Assembly (NCBI GenBank): GCA_964425475.1
Contig: CAYRMF010000001.1
Coordinates: 1 to 35,850 of the forward strand
DNA: 35,850 bases
Direction: 5' to 3'
DNA from: an uncultured Candidatus Saccharibacteria bacterium
Lineage (GTDB): Bacteria; Patescibacteriota; Minisyncoccia; Phycocordibacterales; UBA918
Part shown: positions 1 through 8,967 of the stretch, piece after piece
Numbering within the stretch: the first letter of the stretch is position 1
Layout: each line of letters starts with the position of its first letter
Position numbers and translations under genes: made by a program
Notes under the pieces: generated by a model
What the model was told of the DNA's origin: nothing
Databases searched by the model: none
The model's input: only the letters and a program-made list of their open reading frames with translations

Positions 1-26
1 TCATTGTTTGACAGGTACAATTTTTC

Positions 27-86
27 GTTTTCTCACAGGGTAACCCTGTGTATTATTTGTTTTCTCACAGGGTAGCCCTGTGTATT
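27..86. repeat. Two tandem 28-bp direct repeats, each a hairpin CACAGGG-N3-CCCTGTG
   Basis: GTTTTCTCACAGGGTAACCCTGTGTATT at 27..54 and GTTTTCTCACAGGGTAGCCCTGTGTATT at 59..86 are 27/28 identical, and the single difference lies in the loop. Each has a 7-bp stem. T-rich tracts follow each hairpin on the + strand, so they read as tandem intrinsic terminators for a convergent + strand gene left of the window. They also start 4 nt past the uvrC stop. Confidence 0.7.
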
Positions 87-89
87 TGT

Positions 90-1313
90 CTATGTTCTAT
101 TATCTATTTTTCTTTTTGAGCGGTGGAAGGTGATGGCAAAGCGGTGTGCTTCTGCATTTGCATGCAAAATTGGTTTTTCATGTTCCGTGATGAGGTTTTT
201 GGGACCGATACAGTATTTTGGCTTGTGGTATTCATTTTTTACCACACCAACGACAGGAATGACATACCCATGTTCTTGAAGTACACGCTCTGCCACATTG
301 CGCTGTGCGGTACTTCCATCTACAACAATCACATCCGGCATTGCCCACTCTGTGTGCACAATACGTCGGTTAAGTATCTCACGGAGTGCCTTTGGGTCAT
401 CAGCATCGGTACAGGTCTTCACAATAAATTTTCGATACTCATGTGGCACTGGCTCCCCTCCAACATTAACCACCATGACGCCCACCATATCCTTTCCACC
501 CATGTGTGCTACATCGTATGCTTCTATGCGCATGTTTCTATCATCCCGATACTCTCGCGCAACACGCCCGAGGAGCGCTACATCTTGAATGTGTCTGAGT
601 GCAAATATCTTTTTTTTGAGCACTTGAGCACGTTCAAAATCGAGTTTTTTTGCAGAGCTACTCATTTCTCTCTCTAAATCAGCAATGATGCGCTCCTTTT
701 TCCCTTCAAAAAAGAGACGGATGTGCTTGATGGTACGGGCGTACTCTTTTGCCGAGCACTCTCCCGGGTACAATCCTATCTGTCTGTTGAAATCAATCTT
801 CCCTTTCGCTGTTTTACTTTTTTGCATATCGGCAGGTGCGACGACGTCATAAAACTGAAAAAGCTTTCGTATGATTTTGAGTGCGTCTTTGAAGAGCAAC
901 CCGCTTGGGAACGGTCCATACACATGTGAGTATTCATACGATTTGAGATCTTTACCGCGCACAACGAGCACGCGTGGATACTCCTCCTTGGTGATAATCA
1001 CATGATTAAAACTTTTATCATCCTTCGAACGGGTATTGCAAAGTGGCTTATGGGTGCGAATGAGATTGGTTTCTATGAGCATCGCTTCGAGTACCGAGTC
1101 TGTCTGCATCCACTCAATATGCATAGCATCTGTCACCATTTTCTCAATGAGGAAACTCCGTTTCTCTACAATATCTGAGCCGAAGTAGCTTGCGAGTCGT
1201 TGTTTGAGAGAAGTTGCCTTACCGATATACAGTATCTCTCGCTTTTTTCCCAAAAAGAAATAGACTCCCGGTGTGTCGGGTACGGTTTTCCAGACGATAT
1301 CTTTCCTAATCAC
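90..1313 (-). CDS. uvrC: Excinuclease ABC subunit C (UvrC), short form lacking the C-terminal (HhH)2 domain
   Basis: 407-aa ORF with a GTG start. GIY-YIG motif: GVYFF..ILYIGKATSLKQRLASYF. UVR-like helix: FERAQVLKKKIFALRHIQ. RNase H-like endonuclease motifs: IEAYDVAHMGG, PDVIVVDGSTAQ, EAHRFAITFHR. The ORF stops about 10 aa after the HRFAI motif, where canonical UvrC continues into a helix-hairpin-helix pair. Confidence 0.85.
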   Translation of the reverse strand: MIRKDIVWKTVPDTPGVYFFLGKKREILYIGKATSLKQRLASYFGSDIVEKRSFLIEKMVTDAMHIEWMQTDSVLEAMLIETNLIRTHKPLCNTRSKDDKSFNHVIITKEEYPRVLVVRGKDLKSYEYSHVYGPFPSGLLFKDALKIIRKLFQFYDVVAPADMQKSKTAKGKIDFNRQIGLYPGECSAKEYARTIKHIRLFFEGKKERIIADLEREMSSSAKKLDFERAQVLKKKIFALRHIQDVALLGRVAREYRDDRNMRIEAYDVAHMGGKDMVGVMVVNVGGEPVPHEYRKFIVKTCTDADDPKALREILNRRIVHTEWAMPDVIVVDGSTAQRNVAERVLQEHGYVIPVVGVVKNEYHKPKYCIGPKNLITEHEKPILHANAEAHRFAITFHRSKRKIDNRT

Positions 1314-1364
1314 AAATTGTATGGTATATTATTTTTCGTTTTTAGTACACCATGAGGAGGCCCA

Positions 1365-1592
1365 ATGAAGTACGAAGACCTTAATCCGGAACAAGTAGCC
1401 ATAATCAAGAGAATAATTCAAGAGCTGGATGAATTGGGAAATGTTTCGGATATAGTCATGTCAGCGATGTTGTGTCGTATTGCTCAAACTATGTTCGGTT
1501 CAAATGCACCTCGAAGTTTCATCGACGAGGAATGGAAAGAAGTGTACATAATCTATGACGCTGCCAAAGCGGAAATGGGGAACGGGGCGTGA
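1365..1592 (+). CDS. Hypothetical small acidic helical protein (75 aa)
   Basis: The ATG is preceded by GAGGAGG (1354..1360). A -10-like TATATT lies at 1325..1330. The stop codon lies inside the loop of an intrinsic terminator. No family recognised. Confidence 0.6.
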   Translation: MKYEDLNPEQVAIIKRIIQELDELGNVSDIVMSAMLCRIAQTMFGSNAPRSFIDEEWKEVYIIYDAAKAEMGNGA

Positions 1593-1605
1593 GTCCCGTT
1601 TTTTT
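1581..1605 (+). terminator. Intrinsic terminator of the 75-aa gene
   Basis: The AACGGG (1581..1586) / CCCGTT (1595..1600) stem has an 8-nt loop and is followed by a T7 run. Confidence 0.65.
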
Positions 1606-1635
1606 ATGTTGTCAACTACTATCATAAAATTTGTA

Positions 1636-1644
1636 TGCTATACT
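1636..1644 (+). promoter_or_regulatory. Extended -10 promoter TGcTATACT for the 114-aa gene
   Basis: The TGnTATACT motif lies about 55 nt upstream of the GAGGAG Shine-Dalgarno. The same TGnTAnAnT architecture recurs upstream of several other genes in this window. Confidence 0.45.
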
Positions 1645-1698
1645 CTTTTTTTAGAATAGTTGTCTTTTCCAATTTCAATAACGTGAGGAGTGAAAATC

Positions 1699-2043
1699 GT
1701 GAGCACTGACAAATTTACCCCGCCCCGTGACGGAAGCGTTGACGTCCCATTTTCGAAACTACCTGGCATCCTGAATCGGTTCAGGAACAGAGAAATTTCG
1801 TTCTTCGACAGCGGTTTTCAGAATGTGGCTACTCTGGTCGGTATCGCAATGAGTGGTGACACCATTGAGATTGAGGTTACAAACTGGCGGAGAAGAAAGC
1901 GCTTCACCGATGATCAAATGCTTCTCTTTAAGGATCGTGACATCCTCTGTGTGGCATCTACTCTTGTGGTACGCATATCGGAGACCAACCCGGGCAAGTT
2001 CTACATCGCTTTAAGAAACGCAAATCACATCACGTTTGGGTGA
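1699..2043 (+). CDS. Hypothetical protein (114 aa from GTG 1699; the ORF track starts at GTG 1690)
   Basis: GAGGAG at 1685..1690 is 8 nt upstream of GTG 1699 but overlaps GTG 1690, so 1699 is the better start. A strong terminator follows the gene. No family recognised. Confidence 0.55.
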   Translation: MSTDKFTPPRDGSVDVPFSKLPGILNRFRNREISFFDSGFQNVATLVGIAMSGDTIEIEVTNWRRRKRFTDDQMLLFKDRDILCVASTLVVRISETNPGKFYIALRNANHITFG

Positions 2044-2064
2044 TTTCCACTCCCAGTCGATTCA

Positions 2065-2094
2065 GAGCACGCACTATGCGTGCTCGTTTTATTT
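2065..2094 (+). terminator. Intrinsic terminator between the convergent 114-aa gene and uvrA
   Basis: 9-bp stem GAGCACGCA / TGCGTGCTC with loop CTA, followed by GTTTTATTT on the + strand. It sits immediately after the uvrA stop on the other strand, where it has no U-tail. Confidence 0.75.
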
Positions 2095-4729
2095 AGAGTA
2101 TCTTCTTCAAATACTGACCAGTATATGATTTCACATTCTTTGCAATCTCTTCCGGTGTCCCCTTCGCGACGAGCTGTCCACCACCCTCACCACCCTCTGG
2201 GCCGATGTCGAGCACGTAGTCAGCACACTTGATGAGGTCGAGGTTGTGCTCGATAACCATGACCGTATTGCCACGTTCAACCAATTCTTGAAGTATCTCA
2301 ACCAATTTTTTTACGTCTTCGTAGTGGAGACCGATAGTCGGCTCGTCGAGGAGATAAATGGTCTTCATGGTATGAGGCCTATAGAGCTCTGATGCTATCT
2401 TTACACGTTGTGCTTCCCCACCAGAGAGCGTTGTTGCACTCTGTCCGAGCTCGAGGTACCCAAGGCCCACATCGAGGAGTGATTTGAGACGTTCATGAAT
2501 AGCAGGAATATCAATGAAAAAAGTATCAGCTTCCTCGACGGTCATGTGAAGCACTTCGTCAATATTCTTGCCTTTGAAGTACACCTCGAGTGTCTCTTTC
2601 GTAAAGCGCTTACCATCGCACACATCACAGGTGACATACACCGTCGGCAAGAAGTGCATCTCTACCGCTATCTCACCATTCCCCTGACACGCTTCACACC
2701 GACCACCTTTCACATTGAATGAAAAGCGACCGCACTTCCATCCGCGTGCACGTGCCTCACCGGTTGCTGCAAAGAGGTCCCGGATGTGCGTAAATGCACC
2801 GGTATAGGTAGCTGGATTTGAGCGTGGGGTACGACCGATGGGAGACTGGTCTATAAGCACCGTACGTCCGAGGTACTCCGTACCACTCACACTTGTTGCA
2901 TTGTACGTATGTGGTGTACGAAATTTTTTTTCAAGACGAGAGCGTAGGTTGCGATGTACAATCTCATACATAAAGGTCGATTTTCCACTCCCTGAGACAC
3001 CGGTAATCGCGATGAGTCGCCCGAGTGGTATGTCGACATTCATATTCTTGATATTGAATGCTTTTCCTCCACGTATTTTGATTGATCCTTTCTCACCCTC
3101 TCTCCGCTTCTCTGGAACAGGAATGACTTTATCGCGACGAAGATAATCGAGTGTTATTGAGTGTGACTCATTCTTTTTTAACGCGAGTAATTTAGGCAGA
3201 TAGTCAGATACAACTACTTCCCCACCATGAATACCTGCACCCGGCCCGATGTCAACGAGATAGTCTGATGCAAAGATGGTGTCTTCATCGTGCTCGACGA
3301 CAATGATCGTGTTGCCAAGGTCGCGCAGGTGTGTGAGCGTTTGGATGAGTTTTGCATTGTCCCGCTGGTGGAGCCCGATGGTGGGCTCATCGAGCACGTA
3401 CATAGCGCCCACGAGGCCAGAACCGAGCTGTGACGCGAGACGGATGCGCTGTGCTTCACCACCCGAAAGTGTATTCGCACGGCGATTGAGTGTGAGATAC
3501 TCAATCCCCACATTGATCATAAAGTCCAAACGTTCAATAATTTCACGAAGTGCCGGCCATGCAATATCTTGATCTTTTTTTGAAAGTTTCAGATTTGCAA
3601 CAAACTGTGCTGCTTCGCCAATCGTCATATTGGTAAAATCAACAATATTTTTTCCCAGATTTCCCTTTCCGTCGCCCCCGATGTACACGCGCATTGCCTC
3701 ACGACGCAAACGTGCACCGTGACAGGCGGTACACTCATCGGTATTGAATATACCAACCATGCCGAGCCCATTACACTCCGGACACGCTCCGTATGGTGAA
3801 TTGAATGAGAAAAGACGTGGCTCAACTTCAGGAAATGAAGAACCATCAATGGGGCAGATAAATTTCGCTGAGAGAATACGCTCTTCTCCATTTGGTGTCC
3901 GCATTTTTACAAGACCATTTGATTCTCGGAGCGCAAGCTCCACAGCTTCCGAAAGGCGCTCTCGGGAGTTTTTGGGTGAGTGCGTAAATTCACTCACGTA
4001 TATTTCGTCAATGAGCACATCGATGTCGTGACGTTTATTTTTGGTGAGTACTATCTTTTCGCGGAGCTGTTTCACTTCTCCATCGATACGGACTGTTTCA
4101 TACCCTTTTCCCAAGAGATCATAGAGCATTTGATAGTATTCTCCTTTTCGGCCCACAATCACGGGAGAAAATATGGACACGCGTGCTGAACTCACTTCCA
4201 CGCCAAGCACATTTTTTGTCGTGTCATCTTTGAGATGTTTGATTTCTCGATCCTCAATTGATTTCAGAATAATTCCCAATATCTCATCCTGTGAGAGTTT
4301 TTGGATTTGTACATCAGTGTCGAGGCAATAGGGCTGACCTATGCGCGCATAGAGAATACGGAGGTAATCATAAATCTCAGTAATGGTAGCGACTGTTGAA
4401 CGTGGGTTTCGAGAAGCAGATTTTTGATCGATTGAGATTGCAGGTGAGAGTCCTGAAATCTCATCGACATCGGGTTTCTGCATTTGTTTGAGAAATTGGC
4501 GTGCATACGAAGAGAGGGATTCGACATACCGTCGTTGCCCTTCCGCAAAAATGGTATCGAACGCGAGTGATGACTTTCCACTTCCCGAAAGTCCTGTGAA
4601 GACCACCATTTTGTTACGCGGAATGGTGAGGTCAATATTTTTGAGATTGTGCGTGCGCGCACCCCGAATGACAATCTTTGGATCGTTCGGTTCTTCCCAT
4701 GCTGTTTTTGTTGGTTTTTTTATTGCCAT
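2093..4729 (-). CDS. uvrA: Excinuclease ABC subunit A (UvrA)
   Basis: 878 aa. Two ABC modules: Walker [15 protein letters not shown] and [10 protein letters not shown], and the LSGGEAQR signature twice. Zinc modules: [14 protein letters not shown] and [15 protein letters not shown]-terminal [16 protein letters not shown]. Confidence 0.95.
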   Translation of the reverse strand: MAIKKPTKTAWEEPNDPKIVIRGARTHNLKNIDLTIPRNKMVVFTGLSGSGKSSLAFDTIFAEGQRRYVESLSSYARQFLKQMQKPDVDEISGLSPAISIDQKSASRNPRSTVATITEIYDYLRILYARIGQPYCLDTDVQIQKLSQDEILGIILKSIEDREIKHLKDDTTKNVLGVEVSSARVSIFSPVIVGRKGEYYQMLYDLLGKGYETVRIDGEVKQLREKIVLTKNKRHDIDVLIDEIYVSEFTHSPKNSRERLSEAVELALRESNGLVKMRTPNGEERILSAKFICPIDGSSFPEVEPRLFSFNSPYGACPECNGLGMVGIFNTDECTACHGARLRREAMRVYIGGDGKGNLGKNIVDFTNMTIGEAAQFVANLKLSKKDQDIAWPALREIIERLDFMINVGIEYLTLNRRANTLSGGEAQRIRLASQLGSGLVGAMYVLDEPTIGLHQRDNAKLIQTLTHLRDLGNTIIVVEHDEDTIFASDYLVDIGPGAGIHGGEVVVSDYLPKLLALKKNESHSITLDYLRRDKVIPVPEKRREGEKGSIKIRGGKAFNIKNMNVDIPLGRLIAITGVSGSGKSTFMYEIVHRNLRSRLEKKFRTPHTYNATSVSGTEYLGRTVLIDQSPIGRTPRSNPATYTGAFTHIRDLFAATGEARARGWKCGRFSFNVKGGRCEACQGNGEIAVEMHFLPTVYVTCDVCDGKRFTKETLEVYFKGKNIDEVLHMTVEEADTFFIDIPAIHERLKSLLDVGLGYLELGQSATTLSGGEAQRVKIASELYRPHTMKTIYLLDEPTIGLHYEDVKKLVEILQELVERGNTVMVIEHNLDLIKCADYVLDIGPEGGEGGGQLVAKGTPEEIAKNVKSYTGQYLKKIL

Positions 4730-4738
4730 ACGTTGAGG

Positions 4739-4758
4739 CCATATGGTGGTGCATATGG
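4739..4758 (-). promoter_or_regulatory. Palindrome CCATATG-N6-CATATGG in the uvrA leader
   Basis: 7-bp perfect inverted arms lie between the putative -10 (4771..4776) and the uvrA ATG (4729). It is either a leader hairpin or an operator. Confidence 0.35.
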
Positions 4759-4770
4759 GGTATGTGGAAG

Positions 4771-4778
4771 ATTATACA
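4771..4778 (-). promoter_or_regulatory. Putative uvrA promoter TGTATAAT
   Basis: The minus strand reads cc-TG-TATAAT-c. The site is 10 nt downstream of the kinase stop and about 42 nt upstream of the uvrA ATG. Confidence 0.45.
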
Positions 4779-4788
4779 GGAAAATACG

Positions 4789-6168
4789 CTATTTTGAAGC
4801 TGTAGAGAGTGGCGATGTCTTGAGGAACGTCGCCTTGCTGAATTTGAGTACAACGTGCGTCCCCACGCCTTTAATGGATTCCACTGCAATAGTGCCTCCC
4901 ATGAGCTCAATGAGTTGCTTTGTAATCCACATACCGAGCCCTGTTCCAATCGTATTATCGACCTCAACATCTGCGACTCGGAAAAATGGTGCAAAGAGGT
5001 TTTTTTGATTTTCAGCACTAATGCCTGTTCCGGTATCTTTCACCCGTATTTCTACCATATCAACTCTATCCTCAAACGAAAGTGTAATACTCCCCGCTTT
5101 GGTGTACTTGATTGAATTGCTGACCAAATTGGTGAGTGCCTGATGGAACCGTTTACTATCAATGTACAAGTTGAGTGCTTGCGTGGGCGTATCTTGTCTA
5201 AGTTGTATCCCTTTTTCTTGTGCACTCACCTGCATTGCCTCAAGGACAGAGGTGATTATGTTTTGGATATCGGTATCCGCAGGTGCAAAGCTAAGTTTAC
5301 CCGAGTGAATCCGTGCAACATCGAGCAAATCATTCACGATGAGCACCAAGCGATCCGACGCCTCCCCGATATGTTCTGTATACGTACGGATTTCGTGGGG
5401 TACATCAGTGCGCTCGAGAATCATACTCGCATACCCGCGCATTGCAGTGAGTGGTGCTCTGAGCTCATGTGCAATCATATTGGTGAACATGTCCTTTGCC
5501 TGATTACTTCGTTTCGTCTCTGCGTAGAGCGCAGCATAATCAATAAGTCGTACATGCCGAATGATGAGTGCAAACACCACGAGGAGTAGCCCCGTTAGCC
5601 AAAAATATGCCTCCATGATCCCTCGTGAAAACTGAGCGTCTGTCTGTGCAAGTGAAGAGCGCGTAAAAATATAATATGTCTCTCCTCCCGACACCTCTAC
5701 CAGACGATAACTATTCCAATACCGAATACCGTCTACAGCATCTGGAATAATAAATGAGGAGTGGGGGTCAACATTTGCTGTACGATACATGTCAGGACTC
5801 TCAATGAAAGAACCGATATCATTGACTCTGAGTGACGCGACAACCCTCAGGTATGGTCCGTCTTCGATCACCACCTTGAAGTCGACTATATCGCTGTTCA
5901 ATTGCGCGATACGCGTAAGCTCATTCTGTATAGACACATCACCTTCACTGGTGGTTCGAATGATTGTTGAGAAGACATCTTGGAGGAGACCAATTCTATC
6001 CTTTTGAAGACGGTCCTGATTATTTCGCGCTATGTCTAGAAATTTTTGACCACTCACAAAAAAAGCTGTCGGTATGACGACGAGGAGGAGCAGTGTGGTG
6101 AGTATTTGTGGGTTATGTCTGACATACTCGTATCCCCGTCGCATCAAAATAACGGTCCTTTGTATCAT
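4789..6168 (-). CDS. Sensor histidine kinase (two TM segments, extracytoplasmic sensor, HisKA + HATPase_c)
   Basis: H-box HELRAPLTAMRGY, N-box LVSNSIKYT, G1 DTGTGI, G2 GTGLGM. TM segments at about aa 20-40 and 190-210. The start overlaps the upstream stop as ATGA (6165..6168). No response regulator lies in the window. Confidence 0.9.
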   Translation of the reverse strand: MIQRTVILMRRGYEYVRHNPQILTTLLLLVVIPTAFFVSGQKFLDIARNNQDRLQKDRIGLLQDVFSTIIRTTSEGDVSIQNELTRIAQLNSDIVDFKVVIEDGPYLRVVASLRVNDIGSFIESPDMYRTANVDPHSSFIIPDAVDGIRYWNSYRLVEVSGGETYYIFTRSSLAQTDAQFSRGIMEAYFWLTGLLLVVFALIIRHVRLIDYAALYAETKRSNQAKDMFTNMIAHELRAPLTAMRGYASMILERTDVPHEIRTYTEHIGEASDRLVLIVNDLLDVARIHSGKLSFAPADTDIQNIITSVLEAMQVSAQEKGIQLRQDTPTQALNLYIDSKRFHQALTNLVSNSIKYTKAGSITLSFEDRVDMVEIRVKDTGTGISAENQKNLFAPFFRVADVEVDNTIGTGLGMWITKQLIELMGGTIAVESIKGVGTHVVLKFSKATFLKTSPLSTASK

Positions 6169-8915
6169 ACTGGTTGAGGAAGCATGTCTGTGCGCGCAGG
6201 TACTTTTTGTGCGTGCATACCGAGAAGGAGGAGTACCAATCCAAACAGTACAATGAGCAGAGATGCAACGAGGAGGAATATACGCGTATCAAAGAACTGT
6301 GGTTTGCTCTGTTCTGACAGGGCAGCTGCACCAGCTGCATCGACTGCCGTATAAGCTTCTGCGGTCTTTGCAAAGGTAAACGGATTGCTTTTTGCAACGA
6401 TCGTTCCCGTGTTGTCGGTGAGACCCACGTACACCTCGTGTGATCCGTTTTCGAGTTCTTTGTCGAGAATGTAACTCCAACTGCCATCAGCGCCTGCCTT
6501 TACAGTCACAATAACCGGAGAACTAAAGAAGTAAAGTGTTACAAAACTATTGGGGAGTGCCGTCCCCGAAATGAATGCTCGAAGTGGCTCATCGAGTGAA
6601 TCACGTGAGAGTGACATAAAAGTTTGAATAGAAAGTATATCCTCACGGACAACTCCTGTTTCCTTAGGTGACTCATATACCACAAGTGCTTCACGTGTCA
6701 CATCGAGGGGATTGTAGCCCTTTTCAATTTCGGTACCATCGATAACACCATCACCATCGGTGTCTGCTGCAAACAAGTTTGTCTTATAGAGATGTACCTC
6801 GTCATAATCAGAAATACCGTCTTTGTCTGTATCGGTAAATACAACATCTCCAATACGTTTCTTTAAGATATCTTCATTATTGAGTATCACTTCAGTAAGT
6901 CCAAACGTGATTTGTGAAAGATGGGTATTAATCTGATCTATGAGCTCTTTTGTTTCAATGTGATTCGGAAGATTTGTTATAACTTCTTGCATCAGATTCT
7001 CAATTTTTGTACGAACAGCAAGAACATTTTTCTCATCGTCAATTCGGCGCGCTCTCGCAAGTTCTTCGAGGAGTACACCGAGCTGATCACGATACGTTTG
7101 TACTACATCTTCAACGGTTTTTCTGAGGGTACTGTCATCACTCGCAATTCGTTCAGCAAACGTATTCGTCGATTCAATATAGACAACATTCGATTCATCA
7201 ATCTCTCTCTTGGCTTCTGCTTCGTCTACATCTTCGGTCACCATAGTGAGCGAATCGGAAATAGTGGTGAGTGTCTCAATAGCTTTTTCTTCTTCCTCGG
7301 TGTATGCACTCATCACAGGATTATCAATGGTGATATACGTGCGTGTGCCTTCGGTAAAGCCATACACCGTCTTTACCCGCGCGTAGACTGTGTACGCTCC
7401 ATTCGGCGTCTGTGTCGTATCCCATGTATATGTCCACGCAGTATCACTCTTTTTTGATGCAATACCGAGAAAACGAGGGGTGAGAGTCTTGTATGGTACC
7501 GCGTACAGTTCTACCCACAGTACTGGAGATGTTTCGATGGTGAGGTGTGCAAATCCAGAAAGTTCTTCCCCCTCGTGCACATCGAGTGCGATGGTCGGTT
7601 GGATTGGTGTACCATTCTCGATATCTGTCGTTCCAGTCGATGTATTTGTTGGAACGGTATTCGTCATTTGATTTTCAATGACTGCACGTACTTTGTCAGA
7701 TTCTGCAGTATATCCATCATACGTCACGTATGCATAAAATGAGTAGGTACCATTTGGAACCATTTTTGAATTCCAGGTTGTTATCCATTCGCCATCTTTC
7801 AGATTACTAGTGCCAATGGAGTAGAGTGTTCCTGTTTTCACGTTTGTGGCGCGGACACCAACCTTTTGTGCACCCTCTGTAGTTGTCGTAAATGTAATTG
7901 TACTTGAAGCACTTGCGGTATCGATATCAAAATCAATATCAGGGTGCGTATCGATTGTCGTCTCCGTACTGGTATCTTGTATTCCTGTTTGGGTACTCGT
8001 GCTTTGTGTGGTACTTGATACCGTTCCTGAAGTTGTATTCGCTGATGTGCCCGATACGTTTTTAATCTCATATACCGTTGAGTCAGCTGATTCATAGTCG
8101 CCGTATTGATTTTTGATAAGAACACGGAGACGGTACTCACCATTCTCATACGCTGTTGTGTGCCATGTGTATGTCCAGGTCATATCATCAATCTTCGTCG
8201 CCATACCGAGCGTCATGAGTTGATTCGTTGTACGGTTATCGAGCACAAGCTTAACGCTTGTTGCACCGGGTACTATGATAGTGACAGGTACTGAACCAAA
8301 GAGTGGGGATTCCGCACCCACACTCACCTGTGCCTCAGGAGTTGTATACACTGAGGAACCTGATGTCCCGCTTGTATTACTTGCTCCACCTGATGTTGTC
8401 GTGTTGGTGATGCCATCGGTCACAGAAGCGGGTGTTGCGACAAAATTGAGTGCGGGAAGATTGAGGAGCGCAAGTATGCTACCCGATGCAACAAAAAATA
8501 TTCCTACCACTCGTGCCACAAGCACAAGTGCGCTCATAGAGGGCACCATTGGAAAACGAAATGGCGAAAGGATAGCCGGTTTTGGGAGTACCGTATTTGA
8601 GGGAAGCATCGCACTTTCTTTTTTTGCACGTTTCTTCACGGTAACGACTGGTGTAGGAGCAACCGATACTTTGGTGTTTGCGGTATTGTTTGTTATTTTG
8701 ATGCGTGTGTTGCGCGGCTCTGGAGCTTTTTTGAGTGAGACGGTAACACGCTTCATCGGTTCTCGTTTCTCTTCAGATTTGAAGGTTTTTTGTTTCACTG
8801 GTGCTTTCACAGCGATGGGGACTTTTAGAGCTTTACTATTCGTGCGTACAGACGAAATAGCCACATTTTGTGTGGTCGCTGTGGCAGTTTTACTCTTTTG
8901 TGCCAATCCTCCCAT
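6165..8915 (-). CDS. Large surface protein (916 aa): Lys-rich cytoplasmic N-tail, TM, Ig-like repeats, coiled coil, TSP3/dockerin-like EF-hand pair, C-terminal TM
   Basis: The N-terminal ~125 aa are rich in K/T/P. TM1 is LVLVARVVGIFFVASGSILALL. Four related beta modules each end in a motif such as MTWTYTWHTTAYENGEYRL, GEWITTWNSKMVPNGTYSF, TAWTYTWDTTQTPNGAYTV and DGSWSYILDKELENGSHEV. Ca-loop pair: DTDKDGISDYDE..DTDGDGVIDGTE. C-terminal TM: IFLLVASLLIVLFGLVLLLLG. Confidence 0.75.
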   Translation of the reverse strand: MGGLAQKSKTATATTQNVAISSVRTNSKALKVPIAVKAPVKQKTFKSEEKREPMKRVTVSLKKAPEPRNTRIKITNNTANTKVSVAPTPVVTVKKRAKKESAMLPSNTVLPKPAILSPFRFPMVPSMSALVLVARVVGIFFVASGSILALLNLPALNFVATPASVTDGITNTTTSGGASNTSGTSGSSVYTTPEAQVSVGAESPLFGSVPVTIIVPGATSVKLVLDNRTTNQLMTLGMATKIDDMTWTYTWHTTAYENGEYRLRVLIKNQYGDYESADSTVYEIKNVSGTSANTTSGTVSSTTQSTSTQTGIQDTSTETTIDTHPDIDFDIDTASASSTITFTTTTEGAQKVGVRATNVKTGTLYSIGTSNLKDGEWITTWNSKMVPNGTYSFYAYVTYDGYTAESDKVRAVIENQMTNTVPTNTSTGTTDIENGTPIQPTIALDVHEGEELSGFAHLTIETSPVLWVELYAVPYKTLTPRFLGIASKKSDTAWTYTWDTTQTPNGAYTVYARVKTVYGFTEGTRTYITIDNPVMSAYTEEEEKAIETLTTISDSLTMVTEDVDEAEAKREIDESNVVYIESTNTFAERIASDDSTLRKTVEDVVQTYRDQLGVLLEELARARRIDDEKNVLAVRTKIENLMQEVITNLPNHIETKELIDQINTHLSQITFGLTEVILNNEDILKKRIGDVVFTDTDKDGISDYDEVHLYKTNLFAADTDGDGVIDGTEIEKGYNPLDVTREALVVYESPKETGVVREDILSIQTFMSLSRDSLDEPLRAFISGTALPNSFVTLYFFSSPVIVTVKAGADGSWSYILDKELENGSHEVYVGLTDNTGTIVAKSNPFTFAKTAEAYTAVDAAGAAALSEQSKPQFFDTRIFLLVASLLIVLFGLVLLLLGMHAQKVPARTDMLPQPV

Positions 8916-8967
8916 TACCTGTGTAGTATAACGCGTTCAACGCAATTACACAGTAGCGCTATCAACA

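Noticed and set aside
8275-8931. Long antisense or alternative-frame ORFs inside large genes (for example 8275..8931 +, 30550..31068 +, 17256..17825 +, 20223..20870 -, 26073..26612 -)
   Set aside because: They are shadow ORFs opposite or overlapping genes with clear domain content. Their composition is low-complexity or Ser/Thr/Val/Cys-rich. They have no start signals or recognisable motifs.
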